From: Candidatus Omnitrophota bacterium
Lineage (GTDB): Bacteria > Omnitrophota > Gorgyraeia > Gygaellales > Profunditerraquicolaceae
Assembly (NCBI GenBank): GCA_026387265.1
Contig: JAPLLZ010000020.1
Coordinates: forward strand, 5,413-69,412
Direction: 5' to 3'
DNA: 64,000 bases
The translations under genes were made by a program, and so were the position numbers. The notes beneath the pieces were generated by a model. The model searched no databases. It worked only from the letters and a program-made list of their open reading frames with translations, and was not told the DNA's origin. This document shows positions 1 to 10,191 of the stretch, piece after piece; the first letter of the stretch is position 1, and every line of letters begins with the position of its first letter.

Positions 1-12
1 TCTGTCTTACCG

Positions 13-1032
13 ATGTTTATGAGCAGAGGGTGTCCGAATAAATGCATCTTTTGCAATGAGAAGCCTTATTGGAGAAGTTTTAGACATAGAAGCGCCGAAA
101 ATATCTTTGTTGAGATAAAAGAGCGTTTCCGCAAAAGTATGCATATAGAACACATAGATTTTCATGATTCTTTAGTTAATGGTAATGTCCGGGAGTTAGA
201 AAAATTATGTGATTTGATTAAATCGTCGGGCATGAAATTCCGCTGGAGCGGTCAGGCAGCAATAACTAAAGAGATGACTTATCATTTATTGCTTAAAATG
301 AGACTAGCCGGTTGCGTTTGTTTGAATTATGGGTTGGAAACAGGTTCACCTGGCCTGATGCAAAGAATAGGCAAACTTCTGGCTAAAGATGCCGATTTAG
401 ATAAGATTGTCCGGGATACCCATAATGTAGGGATAGAGGGTATTTATAACTTTATGTTCGGTTTTCCAGGAGAGACAGAAGAAGAATTTCAGGAAACACT
501 GGATTTTTTATCCCGGAATAAAAATTATATCGATGTGGTTAACCCCAGCCCGGGATTTTGTGCTTTTGATAAGGGCAGTTATGGTTATGATCATCCTGAT
601 GAATTTGATATTATTGTGGGCATAACCGGCTCCTTATGGGAATCAAAAGATGGAGTAAATAATTATGCCGCCAGGATAGAAAAGTTTGAGAGGTTTTTGG
701 AAGAAACCCGCAAGTTAGGTATTAAGAGCTTTTATCCCTATGACCGCGTGATTAACCGGGATACTATCCTAGGTTATTATTATTTCATGAAAAAAGAATG
801 GAATAGGGCGATCTTATATTTAAATGAAGCAGTAAAGCAGCAGCCTAGCAATGAGTCAAATTGGGCCTATCTTGCTAAGAGCTTGGCTTTTCTGGGGGAA
901 AAAGAAAGAGCCGGCAGAGGCTTTGATGAGATAATAAAAATCAGATTAGCCAAAAATGATTTGCCGGGAGCCAAGGAGATTGCCGCGGAGGCCCAGGGTA
1001 TGGGGCTTATTGTTTCATCTTATCCTGCATAG
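13..1032 (+). CDS. Radical SAM enzyme, probably the C-terminal part of a B12-binding radical SAM protein, with a C-terminal TPR-like region. Likely 5'-partial, because the frame is open back to position 1.
   Basis: CxxxCxxC motif SRGCPNKCIFCNE at the start. Aligns by eye to the C-terminal half of the 464-aa B12-rSAM at 5903..7297. TPR-like helices occur near the C-terminus. No stop lies upstream in frame. Confidence 0.6.
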   Translation: MFMSRGCPNKCIFCNEKPYWRSFRHRSAENIFVEIKERFRKSMHIEHIDFHDSLVNGNVRELEKLCDLIKSSGMKFRWSGQAAITKEMTYHLLLKMRLAGCVCLNYGLETGSPGLMQRIGKLLAKDADLDKIVRDTHNVGIEGIYNFMFGFPGETEEEFQETLDFLSRNKNYIDVVNPSPGFCAFDKGSYGYDHPDEFDIIVGITGSLWESKDGVNNYAARIEKFERFLEETRKLGIKSFYPYDRVINRDTILGYYYFMKKEWNRAILYLNEAVKQQPSNESNWAYLAKSLAFLGEKERAGRGFDEIIKIRLAKNDLPGAKEIAAEAQGMGLIVSSYPA

Positions 1033-1058
1033 TAGGCTGGATTTACTAACGATTAATT

Positions 1059-2915
1059 ATGAAAATAGCTAAATTAATATTATTTGGAGTTTTAGTATTA
1101 GTCGCGCTTCTTCTGGTTCTATCGGTTGGCCCCAGTGGATTATATTATGATGATGCTGGTTGCTTACACGCCGGGAAATTCTTTTTATCTCATCCAGGTT
1201 CTCTCCTGAGTTTCAAGATTCCGGAAGTTCTAAAACATGCCCCGCAATTTGAACGAATTCCCTGGATTTATTACCGGCCTATAGAGCGGATTATCTGGGC
1301 ATTTTGTTTTTTTGTTTTTGGTCCCAATACGATAATGATCGGTTTATTACAAAAGCTGCTTTTCTTGTTAAGCTTGCTGATGCTTTATAAGCTTGGGCGG
1401 TTATTTTTAGGGCAAAGTTGTGGGGTAATTGCAGTAATTATTTTTATGTCCATACTTGTGCCTTATGGTTTGTTGGTTTTTCATACCTGGCTGGCTACTC
1501 AATTTGGCTTATTATTTTTATTAGCCGGCATATATTTTACGGCTAAAGGTTTTGTAGATGGGAAGATGCCATTACTACTCCAGGGGACACTATTTATCTT
1601 CCTTTCTTGGTTAACCAGAGAGTCGAATATATATATCAGCTTACCGGTAATTTTTGTTTACATCGGGAACTATCTATGCTCCCGGGGGAAGACAGAATTA
1701 AGAAATAAGAACATTAGGTTTGTTTGTATTGCGTTACTTTTAGGGATTGTTGTATACGCGTTCATACTGTTTGTTACATCAATCTCCGGTTTTGTGGGGA
1801 TGGGTTTTCATAAGTTTGCTATTAAAAATTTTGTTCCGAACTTAAATTTTTATGCCGGGGAGATATTTAGTAACCTTAACAGCCTGTTTATTGTGATTTG
1901 CTTGGGATTAGCGGTTATTTTTAAAGACCGGTTGCAGTGGATCGGGTTAATTTGGGCACTGGCCAGCCTAATTCCGCTCCTTTTTTCCATAAATGTTTCC
2001 AAAACTTATCTTTTTGATTTCTTTGTGGGCTGTGCTTTATTCTGCGGTAGTGGAGTAAGTTTATTGATCAAAGAGTGCTTTAAACGAAATAGGCTAGGGA
2101 ATAATTATTGGCATAAATCATTAGATGGAGGAGATGATAAAGTAGTGCGGTTATATTTTTTGCTAATTATTATTTTAGCTACTTTGTTTTTTTCTTCAGC
2201 GGTTAAAAACTTTAAGGAATTACAAAAAACTAAATTTTATGCACATACCAAACTAGTGTCACGGGAAGAAAGGCTTAAATATTTGAAAAACCTGCCAAAG
2301 CAGGAGAGCGTTTTTGTTCCTAATTTAAAAGCAAAAGAGTTCTATGGCGCGCTGGCCGATGTTATTAACCGGGAGGATATTAAAATTAGATTAGTTGTTT
2401 CTTGGAATGATTTGCAAGAGCTAATTACGGGGGACAATCTGCTTAAAAATGCAGGTTTTGAGGATGGTTTTGGGCGGTGGGAATTTAAAGGAAAAAACCC
2501 GGGGTTAGTGAAGATAGTGGATAAATATGGTTTCGACGGCGAGCGTTCACTTTTGGTCGATGCCTCTTTTTTGCCAGGCGGGGATTATGACTTGATTGAT
2601 TGCGGGCAATTATTTTCAGTGACCGCCGGCCAGGCCTATGTTTTTGGTGGAATTGTAAAGTTATTGGATTTTAGAGAAGGAATAAGATTTGAGATATCTG
2701 CTCCGGCAGGTTCTCAGGAAGGATACTGGCAGACGGATATTAAATCCGGGACCAATAGCTGGCAGGTGTTGTTTAATTCTTTTACTCCGCTTGATAAAAC
2801 TCAAGAAAAACTTTTTTTCTATGCTGTGCGCAGCGCTAATTTAATCCGAGGTAAAGCTTCTATTGACGGAGTTTTTGTTTATAAAACCAAAAAGCCCATT
2901 TTAGCATACGATTAG
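1059..2915 (+). CDS. Polytopic membrane protein, putatively a GT-C/ArnT/PMT-like glycosyltransferase, with a C-terminal CBM-like beta-sandwich domain
   Basis: At least 10 hydrophobic helices lie in the first ~400 aa. The C-terminal ~200 aa, starting NAGFEDGFGRWEF, resemble a CBM4/9-type carbohydrate-binding module. A strong RBS-like AT context precedes the start. Confidence 0.4.
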   Translation: MKIAKLILFGVLVLVALLLVLSVGPSGLYYDDAGCLHAGKFFLSHPGSLLSFKIPEVLKHAPQFERIPWIYYRPIERIIWAFCFFVFGPNTIMIGLLQKLLFLLSLLMLYKLGRLFLGQSCGVIAVIIFMSILVPYGLLVFHTWLATQFGLLFLLAGIYFTAKGFVDGKMPLLLQGTLFIFLSWLTRESNIYISLPVIFVYIGNYLCSRGKTELRNKNIRFVCIALLLGIVVYAFILFVTSISGFVGMGFHKFAIKNFVPNLNFYAGEIFSNLNSLFIVICLGLAVIFKDRLQWIGLIWALASLIPLLFSINVSKTYLFDFFVGCALFCGSGVSLLIKECFKRNRLGNNYWHKSLDGGDDKVVRLYFLLIIILATLFFSSAVKNFKELQKTKFYAHTKLVSREERLKYLKNLPKQESVFVPNLKAKEFYGALADVINREDIKIRLVVSWNDLQELITGDNLLKNAGFEDGFGRWEFKGKNPGLVKIVDKYGFDGERSLLVDASFLPGGDYDLIDCGQLFSVTAGQAYVFGGIVKLLDFREGIRFEISAPAGSQEGYWQTDIKSGTNSWQVLFNSFTPLDKTQEKLFFYAVRSANLIRGKASIDGVFVYKTKKPILAYD

Positions 2916-2987
2916 ATTGTATTAACACGATTGTATGAATGATTTTACGGGTAATATTTTTTAGATTATCATTTACGGAGAAGAACA

Positions 2988-4436
2988 ATGTCTTTGCGGC
3001 GCGTAGATAAACTGTTGGCTATTTTTATAGTGTTACTTATTCTTTTTGCGGTAATATTTTTTTCCTGGTTTGCGTTGCGTGAATTCAATCATGGCATAAG
3101 TGATGGTTTTGATCATACGATTTACCGTCAATTGGTTTGGTCAACGCTTCATGGCAGGTTACTTTGGTGTAGTTTGATTGGAGCCGATGGGGCAACCGAC
3201 TTGATGATGCATACAAACCTAACTTTACTTTTTCTGCTGCCTGTTACTAAATTTTTTAATTTTCCCGAAGTCTTTTTGGTTATTCATGCCTTTTTCCTAG
3301 CGATAGCGGCTTGGCCGGTTTATTTAATTGCCAAAGAAAAAATTAATCGGCGTGCCGGGATTTTGTTTGCGATTTTTTATTTAACAAACACATTTACTAT
3401 CCAGGCTTTGATTGAAGGGTTTCAAACACGTTCTTTAAGTGTGCCGATTTTTTTTCTGGCGTTTTATTTATTGATTAAAAAAAGATATTTTTGGTTTAAC
3501 CTGGCATTAGTTATACTATGCTTTACACATGAAATTAATTGCCTGGTAGTGTTTATGTTGGGTATCTATGTTATTTTCTCTCAGCGTAGGCTTAAGCATG
3601 GTTTGTTGATTTCGTTTTTGAGTTTAGGCTGGTTTATTCTGGTTATTAAAGTCATATTTTCTCATTTCGGAAATTCGGTTCCCCTGGAAACGTTAGGTTT
3701 TATCGGGCATAGGCGGGTGTTATCTAGTGCAAGTGAAATCGTAAGTTTCTGTTTTTTACATCCTATTGCCGTGCTGCGGGGATGTTTGTCTACGGCAAAA
3801 CTTGATTATTTCTTAAGATTATTCTTGCCATTGGGTTTTTTATCTTTGGCTAGCCCCGGGGAATTGGCGATCGGCCTACCGATTTTTCTGCAGAATTTTT
3901 TATTAAGCCAGCGTCTTCTCGGTGTGCAAACACCCCGCTATACGATGACTTTATTGCCTTTTATTTTTATCTCGGCTATTTATGCTAACGCATATTTATC
4001 TGGAAAGCTTAAATCGCGCTGGGGGTATATTCTGGTTTTAGTTATTGTTTGCTGGTCATTATCCGTGCAAAGATTCATCCGCGATCCTGAATATAACCCC
4101 CGGTTTATGCAAATTTCAGCTCCGATATCTAAAAATGAGTTAATCCACCGTCAGGCGTTAAAGATGGCCATCCGATTGGTGCCTAAAAGTGTCAGTGTCA
4201 GTGCGGATTTAAGGGCGCTTCCTTTTTTGGTTAATCGGTTTGAGCTTTATGATATTCCTGTACATATCTTTGACACCGAGTACATTCTTATTGACCAAAA
4301 AGAACCAAGTATTTCGCCTAGGGTGGGGATGCCAGAAAAAGAATATTTAAGAATGGTGGATCAATTGTTAATATCTCCTGATTATACGGTGGTTGAAAAT
4401 CTAGATGGAATTATTTTGCTAAAGAAAGGCAAATAA
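2988..4436 (+). CDS. Integral membrane protein (DUF2079-like) with a C-terminal extracytoplasmic domain
   Basis: It has multiple TM helices followed by a soluble C-terminal region. Its position in the glycan cluster is consistent with this call. The family assignment is from memory only. Confidence 0.35.
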   Translation: MSLRRVDKLLAIFIVLLILFAVIFFSWFALREFNHGISDGFDHTIYRQLVWSTLHGRLLWCSLIGADGATDLMMHTNLTLLFLLPVTKFFNFPEVFLVIHAFFLAIAAWPVYLIAKEKINRRAGILFAIFYLTNTFTIQALIEGFQTRSLSVPIFFLAFYLLIKKRYFWFNLALVILCFTHEINCLVVFMLGIYVIFSQRRLKHGLLISFLSLGWFILVIKVIFSHFGNSVPLETLGFIGHRRVLSSASEIVSFCFLHPIAVLRGCLSTAKLDYFLRLFLPLGFLSLASPGELAIGLPIFLQNFLLSQRLLGVQTPRYTMTLLPFIFISAIYANAYLSGKLKSRWGYILVLVIVCWSLSVQRFIRDPEYNPRFMQISAPISKNELIHRQALKMAIRLVPKSVSVSADLRALPFLVNRFELYDIPVHIFDTEYILIDQKEPSISPRVGMPEKEYLRMVDQLLISPDYTVVENLDGIILLKKGK

Positions 4437-5903
4437 ATGAATCAAAAGCTCATTGGCGTAATTCCCGCAGCGGGAAAAGGGATTAGGATGTTGCCTAATA
4501 CTGATAGGATACAGAAGGCGCTTTTGCAGGTTGATGGTATATCCATTCTAGAACGTAATGTAAGTATAATGCATGATCAGCTTGGTATAAGTTTGATTTA
4601 TGTGTTGGTCGGCTATAGAAAACAGCAGGTTATGGAACAACTAGGTGATGGCCAAAGATTTGGCGTAGAGATTAAATATGTAGAGGTAGATAATATTAAC
4701 CAGGGTTTAGCGTATGGAATTCTCCATCTGGCGCCTTATCTTGAATCTGTTTTCTGTGTAATTTTAGGAGATGAGGTATATTTTGATTCTAATCATCGGG
4801 AGATGTTGAATTTATCCGCTAATGATTTTGATGTCGTTTGTGCGGTTAAAGAAGTCCAGCATCCTGCAAGCATAAAGAAAAATTATTCTGTGCAATTAAA
4901 TAACGGATTTATTACTTCTTTAGTTGAGAAGCCGGAAATAGTCCAGAATAATTATATGGGATGTGGAACATATTTATTTAAACCCCAAATTTTTGATTAT
5001 ATTAAAAAGACCCCCGTTTCTTCCAGGACGGGCAGGGTGGAGTTAACTGAAGTTATAAATTTAGTCGCCGTAGGCTCCGGTGGACGTGTTTATCCGTTTA
5101 TGCTTAAAGGTAATTATATTAATGTTAATAATGTAGGTGATTATAGTGCGGCTAAATATATGGTTAGGTCAGCGGGTTTTAGTAAAAAATCCGTGAGCCT
5201 GATAGTCCCTGCCTATAACGAAGAAGCCTCGATTGGATATTTGTTAGATGATTTTAAAGGTAAGGTTGATGAAATGTTGGTAGTGAACAATAATTCTAAG
5301 GACAGGACCGAAGAAATTGCCAGGGCTAAAGGAGCCAGGGTTTTGTCGGGGAAATTTAAGGGTTATGGGGAGGCGTTAAAATTTGGCATGGATAATGCTA
5401 GTGGCGATATCCTGGTTTTAACCGAGGCCGACGGTTCTTTTGTTTCCCGGGATCTGGGTAAAATTTTGGAATATCTTAAGGATGCCGATATGGTTTTAGG
5501 CACACGCACCACTAAGCAAATGATTGAGCAGGCGGCAAATATGAACTTTTTATTGCGCTGGGGAAATATTTGTATGGCCAAGATTATTGAATTATTATGG
5601 CTTTATAAAAATGAACCGCGCTTGACGGATGTAGGGTGTACTTACCGGGGGATATGGAAATCAGATTATAAGGTTATTAGGAATTCGCTGCATTGCGATG
5701 GGGCGGCGTTTTCTCCAGAAATGATCATTGAAGCAATGCGCCATAATAAACGTATAATTGAAATACCGGTGACTTATTCCGGCAGAATCGGAGGAGAATC
5801 CAAGTTTTCAAAAAATATTTTTGCCAATACTCAGACTGCATTCCGAATGTTCCGGTTAATTGTTATTAAAAAACTTTTTGATCTTTTGGGGAGGTATGAA
5901 TAA
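4437..5903 (+). CDS. Bifunctional sugar-1-phosphate nucleotidyltransferase (N-terminus) fused to a family 2 glycosyltransferase (C-terminus)
   Basis: The N-terminus carries GVIPAAGKGIRMLP, an NTP_transferase G-rich loop. From about aa 240, SLIVPAYNEEASIG and later DGSF and GYGEALK are typical of a Dpm1-like GT2. Confidence 0.65.
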   Translation: MNQKLIGVIPAAGKGIRMLPNTDRIQKALLQVDGISILERNVSIMHDQLGISLIYVLVGYRKQQVMEQLGDGQRFGVEIKYVEVDNINQGLAYGILHLAPYLESVFCVILGDEVYFDSNHREMLNLSANDFDVVCAVKEVQHPASIKKNYSVQLNNGFITSLVEKPEIVQNNYMGCGTYLFKPQIFDYIKKTPVSSRTGRVELTEVINLVAVGSGGRVYPFMLKGNYINVNNVGDYSAAKYMVRSAGFSKKSVSLIVPAYNEEASIGYLLDDFKGKVDEMLVVNNNSKDRTEEIARAKGARVLSGKFKGYGEALKFGMDNASGDILVLTEADGSFVSRDLGKILEYLKDADMVLGTRTTKQMIEQAANMNFLLRWGNICMAKIIELLWLYKNEPRLTDVGCTYRGIWKSDYKVIRNSLHCDGAAFSPEMIIEAMRHNKRIIEIPVTYSGRIGGESKFSKNIFANTQTAFRMFRLIVIKKLFDLLGRYE

Positions 5904-7297
5904 TGAGGGTTGCCCTCATCCGCAGCCGTGATAAAGTAAATATTAATACCCGTCTGCCGGAAAGCTTAAATATGGTAAGGGGGGAATTACCCCCGTTGGG
6001 ATTGGCTTATATTGCTAGCGTACTGGAAAATGCCGGGCACCAGGTAAGGATCTTTGATATTAGTGCTGCTAATCTAACGCAGGATGAATTTAGGAAACAG
6101 CTGTTTGAATTCTCTCCGGCACTGGCGGGAATTACTGTGATGACTCCAACATTATTTGGTGCTTTGGAGTCAGCCAGGATTGCTAAAGAAGTTGGCGCAG
6201 TTACAGTTTTGGGAGGGCCGCAACTTTCGATTTACCCGGAAGAAACAGTTGCTTATGCGCAAGTGGATTATGGAATTCATGGCGAGGGTGAATATGCCAT
6301 GTTGGCATTGGTAGATGTTTTGGAGAAAAGGGTCCAGCCGGATACCGTTGGAGGCCTGATTTATAAATATAACGGAAAAGTGTTTATTAATGCGCCGGCG
6401 ATAGTCCAGGATTTGGATACTTTGCCTTTTCCGGCATATCATTTATTGCCGATGACAAAATATAATTCTATAATCGGCGATTATCCTACCAGCACGATGA
6501 TTTCTTCCCGGGGGTGCCCGTACCAGTGTCATTTTTGTTTTAAACAGCCAAGTGATGAAAAAATACGCTTACGTTCGGCAAAAAAAGTTGTTGAAGAGAT
6601 GAAATATCTGGTAGAAAACTTTAAAGTTAAAGAGATTATGTTTTATGATGATGTATTAACTTTTTCGCGCCAGCATGTTTTCGAGATTTGCCAGGAGATA
6701 TTATCCAGCGGCTTAAAGATTAAATGGGAATCTCCTGCCCGGGTTGATAATGCAGATAAAGAATTGTTAGAATTAATGTATAAGGCAGGATGTGTGCGTT
6801 TAAGGTATGGTGTTGAATCAGCAGATGAGAGAATATTAGAGTTGATGAATAAGAGAATTAATCTGTCTCAGGTTGAAACGACATTTAAGCTAACGAAAAA
6901 AATCGGCATGGAAACTTTTGCTTATTTTATGGTCGGTTATGCTCATGAAACTATAGATACCATTAAGAAAACAATTTCATTTGCCCGTAAGCTAAACCCT
7001 GATTGGGCAATGTTTACGATCGCTACTCCATATCCTGGTACTCCTCTTTATAAATTGGCGTTGCAGGAAGGGGTATTAAAAAATGACTACTGGCGTGAGT
7101 TTACTTTAGGGACCCAAAAAGATAAAAGGATACCGTATTTTATCGCGGATGCGCCTTTTTGGGTGAAAAAAGCTTACCTACGTTTTTATTTCAGGCTGGG
7201 TTTTATAATCAAAAGAGCCAGCCGTATTCGTTGCCTGCAGGATTGGCAAAAATGCTGGCAGGGAATTCAAGGTATTTTGAGCATGGGGAAGGATTAA
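5903..7297 (+). CDS. B12-binding radical SAM protein
   Basis: The N-terminus is cobalamin-binding-like (VRIFDIS ... GGPQLS). The radical SAM motif SSRGCPYQCHFC follows. The ATGA start overlaps the stop of the upstream gene. Confidence 0.75.
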   Translation: MRVALIRSRDKVNINTRLPESLNMVRGELPPLGLAYIASVLENAGHQVRIFDISAANLTQDEFRKQLFEFSPALAGITVMTPTLFGALESARIAKEVGAVTVLGGPQLSIYPEETVAYAQVDYGIHGEGEYAMLALVDVLEKRVQPDTVGGLIYKYNGKVFINAPAIVQDLDTLPFPAYHLLPMTKYNSIIGDYPTSTMISSRGCPYQCHFCFKQPSDEKIRLRSAKKVVEEMKYLVENFKVKEIMFYDDVLTFSRQHVFEICQEILSSGLKIKWESPARVDNADKELLELMYKAGCVRLRYGVESADERILELMNKRINLSQVETTFKLTKKIGMETFAYFMVGYAHETIDTIKKTISFARKLNPDWAMFTIATPYPGTPLYKLALQEGVLKNDYWREFTLGTQKDKRIPYFIADAPFWVKKAYLRFYFRLGFIIKRASRIRCLQDWQKCWQGIQGILSMGKD

Positions 7298-7300
7298 TTA

Positions 7301-8023
7301 ATGGGGTTAAAATCGCTTTCGGTTTTTGTACCGGTTTATAATGAAGAAAGCATCATTGATAAAAATTTAGGGATTATTTTAAGTATTCTGGAAAAAATAG
7401 TCGATGATTTTGAAATTTTGATTATTAATGATGGGAGTACAGATTGTTCTGGTGAAAAAATCCGAGAATGGTCCAAAAAATCTCAAAGGATACGTTTTTT
7501 GGAACATAAAACCCGTTTGGGTTATGGAGCGGCCTTAAGAAGCGGATTTTTGAATGCAGGTAAAGAGCTAATATTTTACACCGATATGGATTTACCTGCG
7601 GATTTAAACAATCTTAAGGAAGTTATGCCGCTGATGGATAGCTATGATTTGGTGATTGGTTATCGGACAGACCGTCAAGATACGCTAAGGAGGATGATTT
7701 ATTCTAAGGTTTATAAATTTCTGCTGAAGTTGTTATTCGGCCTAAAGATAAAAGATATCAATTTTTCTTTTAAATGCGTTAGGAGAAAAGTAATCGAAAA
7801 AGTTAAACTTACCGCTAAAACCGGATTTATCGACGGTGAATTATTGATTGAGTCTTTGTCTGGCGGTTTTGTCGTTAAAGAAGTTCCGATTATCTACCGG
7901 CCACGAAAATTCGGGAATTCACATTTTGATAGTTTAGGGGTAGCAATAAATACGGCTGGGGAGATTTTGCTTTATTGGTTGGCTAAAATTGTGCATAAAA
8001 AGAGGTTAAGGCCATGCAGATAG
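7301..8023 (+). CDS. Family 2 glycosyltransferase (polyprenyl-phosphate sugar synthase-like)
   Basis: SVFVPVYNEESII is followed by INDGSTD and DMDLPAD, the DxD-type motifs of a GT2. Confidence 0.7.
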   Translation: MGLKSLSVFVPVYNEESIIDKNLGIILSILEKIVDDFEILIINDGSTDCSGEKIREWSKKSQRIRFLEHKTRLGYGAALRSGFLNAGKELIFYTDMDLPADLNNLKEVMPLMDSYDLVIGYRTDRQDTLRRMIYSKVYKFLLKLLFGLKIKDINFSFKCVRRKVIEKVKLTAKTGFIDGELLIESLSGGFVVKEVPIIYRPRKFGNSHFDSLGVAINTAGEILLYWLAKIVHKKRLRPCR

Positions 8024-8751
8024 AGCAATACCGGCGCTTTTATGAATTGGAAGATAAACATTGGTGGTTTGTGGGGATGCGGGATATTTTCTGCCGGCTG
8101 ATAAGTAATATTTATAAAGGAAATAAAAAGCTTTTGGTTCTGGATGTGGGTTGTGGTGCGGGAATGATTATGAAAGACCTGGAAAAGTTTGGCAAAGTGG
8201 TGGGGGTAGATGTTGAAGATGCGGCTTTAAAGTTTTGTCAGAAGAGGGACGTCGGGGATCTTTGCCTTGGTAGCGGAGTAAACCTTCCCTTTAAAGATGC
8301 TACCTTTGATTTAGTAACTGCTTTTAGCGTAGTTGAACATGTGCAGGATGATATTTCTTTTATCGGTGAATTAAACAGAGTATGTAAAATTGGCGGCAGG
8401 ATTATTCTTTCTACCTCTGCTTTTAATTTTCTCTGGAGCCAGCATGACCTGATTAATGGGCATAAGAAAAGATATGAAAAAAACAGCTTAAAAGAAATAT
8501 TCCTGAAACACCGCTTGGTTATTGAAAAGATTACTTATACAAATTTTATATTGTTTCCAGTTATCCTACTGGCTATCATTCTGAATAATTTATTAAAACG
8601 TTCTTGCAAAGGGACGGTTGATGTGTTTTATACTATGCCTAAATTACTAAATGGTTTTCTGACCTTTATATTAAAAACAGAGTCAATAATTTTAACTAAA
8701 TTTAATTTTTCTTTCGGTGTTTCTCTACTATGCGTCGGCAGGAAGATATAA
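8014..8751 (+). CDS. Class I SAM-dependent methyltransferase
   Basis: Motif I VLDVGCGAGMI and an acidic loop DV are present. It overlaps the upstream gene by 10 nt. Confidence 0.7.
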   Translation: MQIEQYRRFYELEDKHWWFVGMRDIFCRLISNIYKGNKKLLVLDVGCGAGMIMKDLEKFGKVVGVDVEDAALKFCQKRDVGDLCLGSGVNLPFKDATFDLVTAFSVVEHVQDDISFIGELNRVCKIGGRIILSTSAFNFLWSQHDLINGHKKRYEKNSLKEIFLKHRLVIEKITYTNFILFPVILLAIILNNLLKRSCKGTVDVFYTMPKLLNGFLTFILKTESIILTKFNFSFGVSLLCVGRKI

Positions 8752-9557
8752 AAAGGCTGGTTGTTAATGCTGATGATTTCGGCTTAGATTGCGCGATTAA
8801 TCAAGGGATTATTCAGGCGTATGAAAGCGGAATTGTCCGAAGTGTTTCTTTAATGAGTTGCGGGGTGGCTTTTGAAGAAGCAGTGCAGTTGGCCAGGAGG
8901 TATCCAGGTTTAGGGGTAGGTGTGCATCTGTCGCTGAATGAGGGAGATCCAGTTGCCGCCTCTTTGTTAGGTAAAGATGAAAGGCATTTTTTATTTTTTT
9001 TTAGATTTTTGTTAAAATTTTTCTCGCGCGAGATTAATTCAGCCCAGATATATTTAGAATTTGAAGCACAAATCAATAAATTTATCGAAGCGGGTTTGCG
9101 CCCTACGCATTTGGATGGGCATAAGCATATTCATATGCTTCCAGGCATACTGGATGTCGTGTTGGAGTTAGCGAGAAAATTTAAAATACCCAGTATAAGG
9201 CTGTCGCGGGAGCCCTGGTTGGTTAGCTTAAAAACTAGTCATCGTGCACTAAAGTTTTTAATATTATCAATGATAGCTAATATTCATTTATCTAAAATTA
9301 GAAAACATTTAATTAAAATCCCTGATTATTGTTATGGTTTAACCCAGAGTTGTCGCCTGAATGAGGAATATCTGGCCTGGATATTAAAATCTTTACCCGT
9401 CGGGACCAATGAATTGATTTGTCATCCTGGATTATCGACACTGGATTTACCTAACAAGAATAAAGAGGTCGAGTTGATTGCTTTAAAAAGCCCGTTAATT
9501 AAGGAATTGATAGAAGATCTAGGCATACAGTTGATACGCTATGATGAGATTAGATAA
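8730..9557 (+). CDS. YdjC/ChbG/HpnK-family carbohydrate deacetylase
   Basis: N-terminal LVVNADDFGLDCAINQGIIQAYESGIVRSVSLM and GVHLSL match the YdjC family signature. Confidence 0.75.
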   Translation: MRRQEDIKRLVVNADDFGLDCAINQGIIQAYESGIVRSVSLMSCGVAFEEAVQLARRYPGLGVGVHLSLNEGDPVAASLLGKDERHFLFFFRFLLKFFSREINSAQIYLEFEAQINKFIEAGLRPTHLDGHKHIHMLPGILDVVLELARKFKIPSIRLSREPWLVSLKTSHRALKFLILSMIANIHLSKIRKHLIKIPDYCYGLTQSCRLNEEYLAWILKSLPVGTNELICHPGLSTLDLPNKNKEVELIALKSPLIKELIEDLGIQLIRYDEIR

Positions 9558-10182
9558 AGAATTAATCAATCTTTATAGAGAAACTTCCTGGTTACAGAGG
9601 GCGCATGTGATCTTGCGTTATCTTTTGTGCCCATTCAGCGCAGTAGAAAAGTTTATTCCTCGAGAGGGGAAGATCCTGGATTTAGGATGCGGCCATGGAA
9701 TATTTGCCAACGTTTTGGCAATGAAAAGCAGCAGTCGTTATGTAATAGGAGTAGATAAAGATTCCGGCAGGATTGCAGTGGCGAATTCAACCCTGTCGGG
9801 GAAAAAGAATCTTGAGTTTAGGCAGCTAGATATTTTAGGTTATAGTTTAGATAGCGATGTGAATTGTGCGGTACTAATTGATTTACCATTAGAAACAAAT
9901 CAGGGTTTATTGACTAAGCTTTATGCCAAATTGCCCTCTAAAGGAATTTTAGTCATAAAATCAATGAGCAGCCGGCGCCCCGGATGGAAACACTGTTTGA
10001 ATATTCTGCATATGGCTACCGTAGATAAATTATTGCGGGTCAGCTTAAGGAAAAATGCCTATTTTCTAAAGGAAGAAGATTTTGTGCTCCTTTTGGAAGA
10101 AATCGGCTTCCGGGTAAAGTTTTTAAATATTGATAAAGGTTATCCTTGTCCGCATTGCTTGTATATTTGTAATAAGGATTAG
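9541..10182 (+). CDS. SAM-dependent methyltransferase
   Basis: ILDLGCGHGIFA is a methyltransferase motif I. It overlaps the upstream gene. Confidence 0.6.
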   Translation: MMRLDKELINLYRETSWLQRAHVILRYLLCPFSAVEKFIPREGKILDLGCGHGIFANVLAMKSSSRYVIGVDKDSGRIAVANSTLSGKKNLEFRQLDILGYSLDSDVNCAVLIDLPLETNQGLLTKLYAKLPSKGILVIKSMSSRRPGWKHCLNILHMATVDKLLRVSLRKNAYFLKEEDFVLLLEEIGFRVKFLNIDKGYPCPHCLYICNKD

Positions 10183-10191
10183 CAAATTAAT

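Noticed and set aside
7159-7341. 60-aa ORF bridging the rSAM and GT2 genes
   Set aside because: It is in an alternate frame overlapping the ends of two confident genes.
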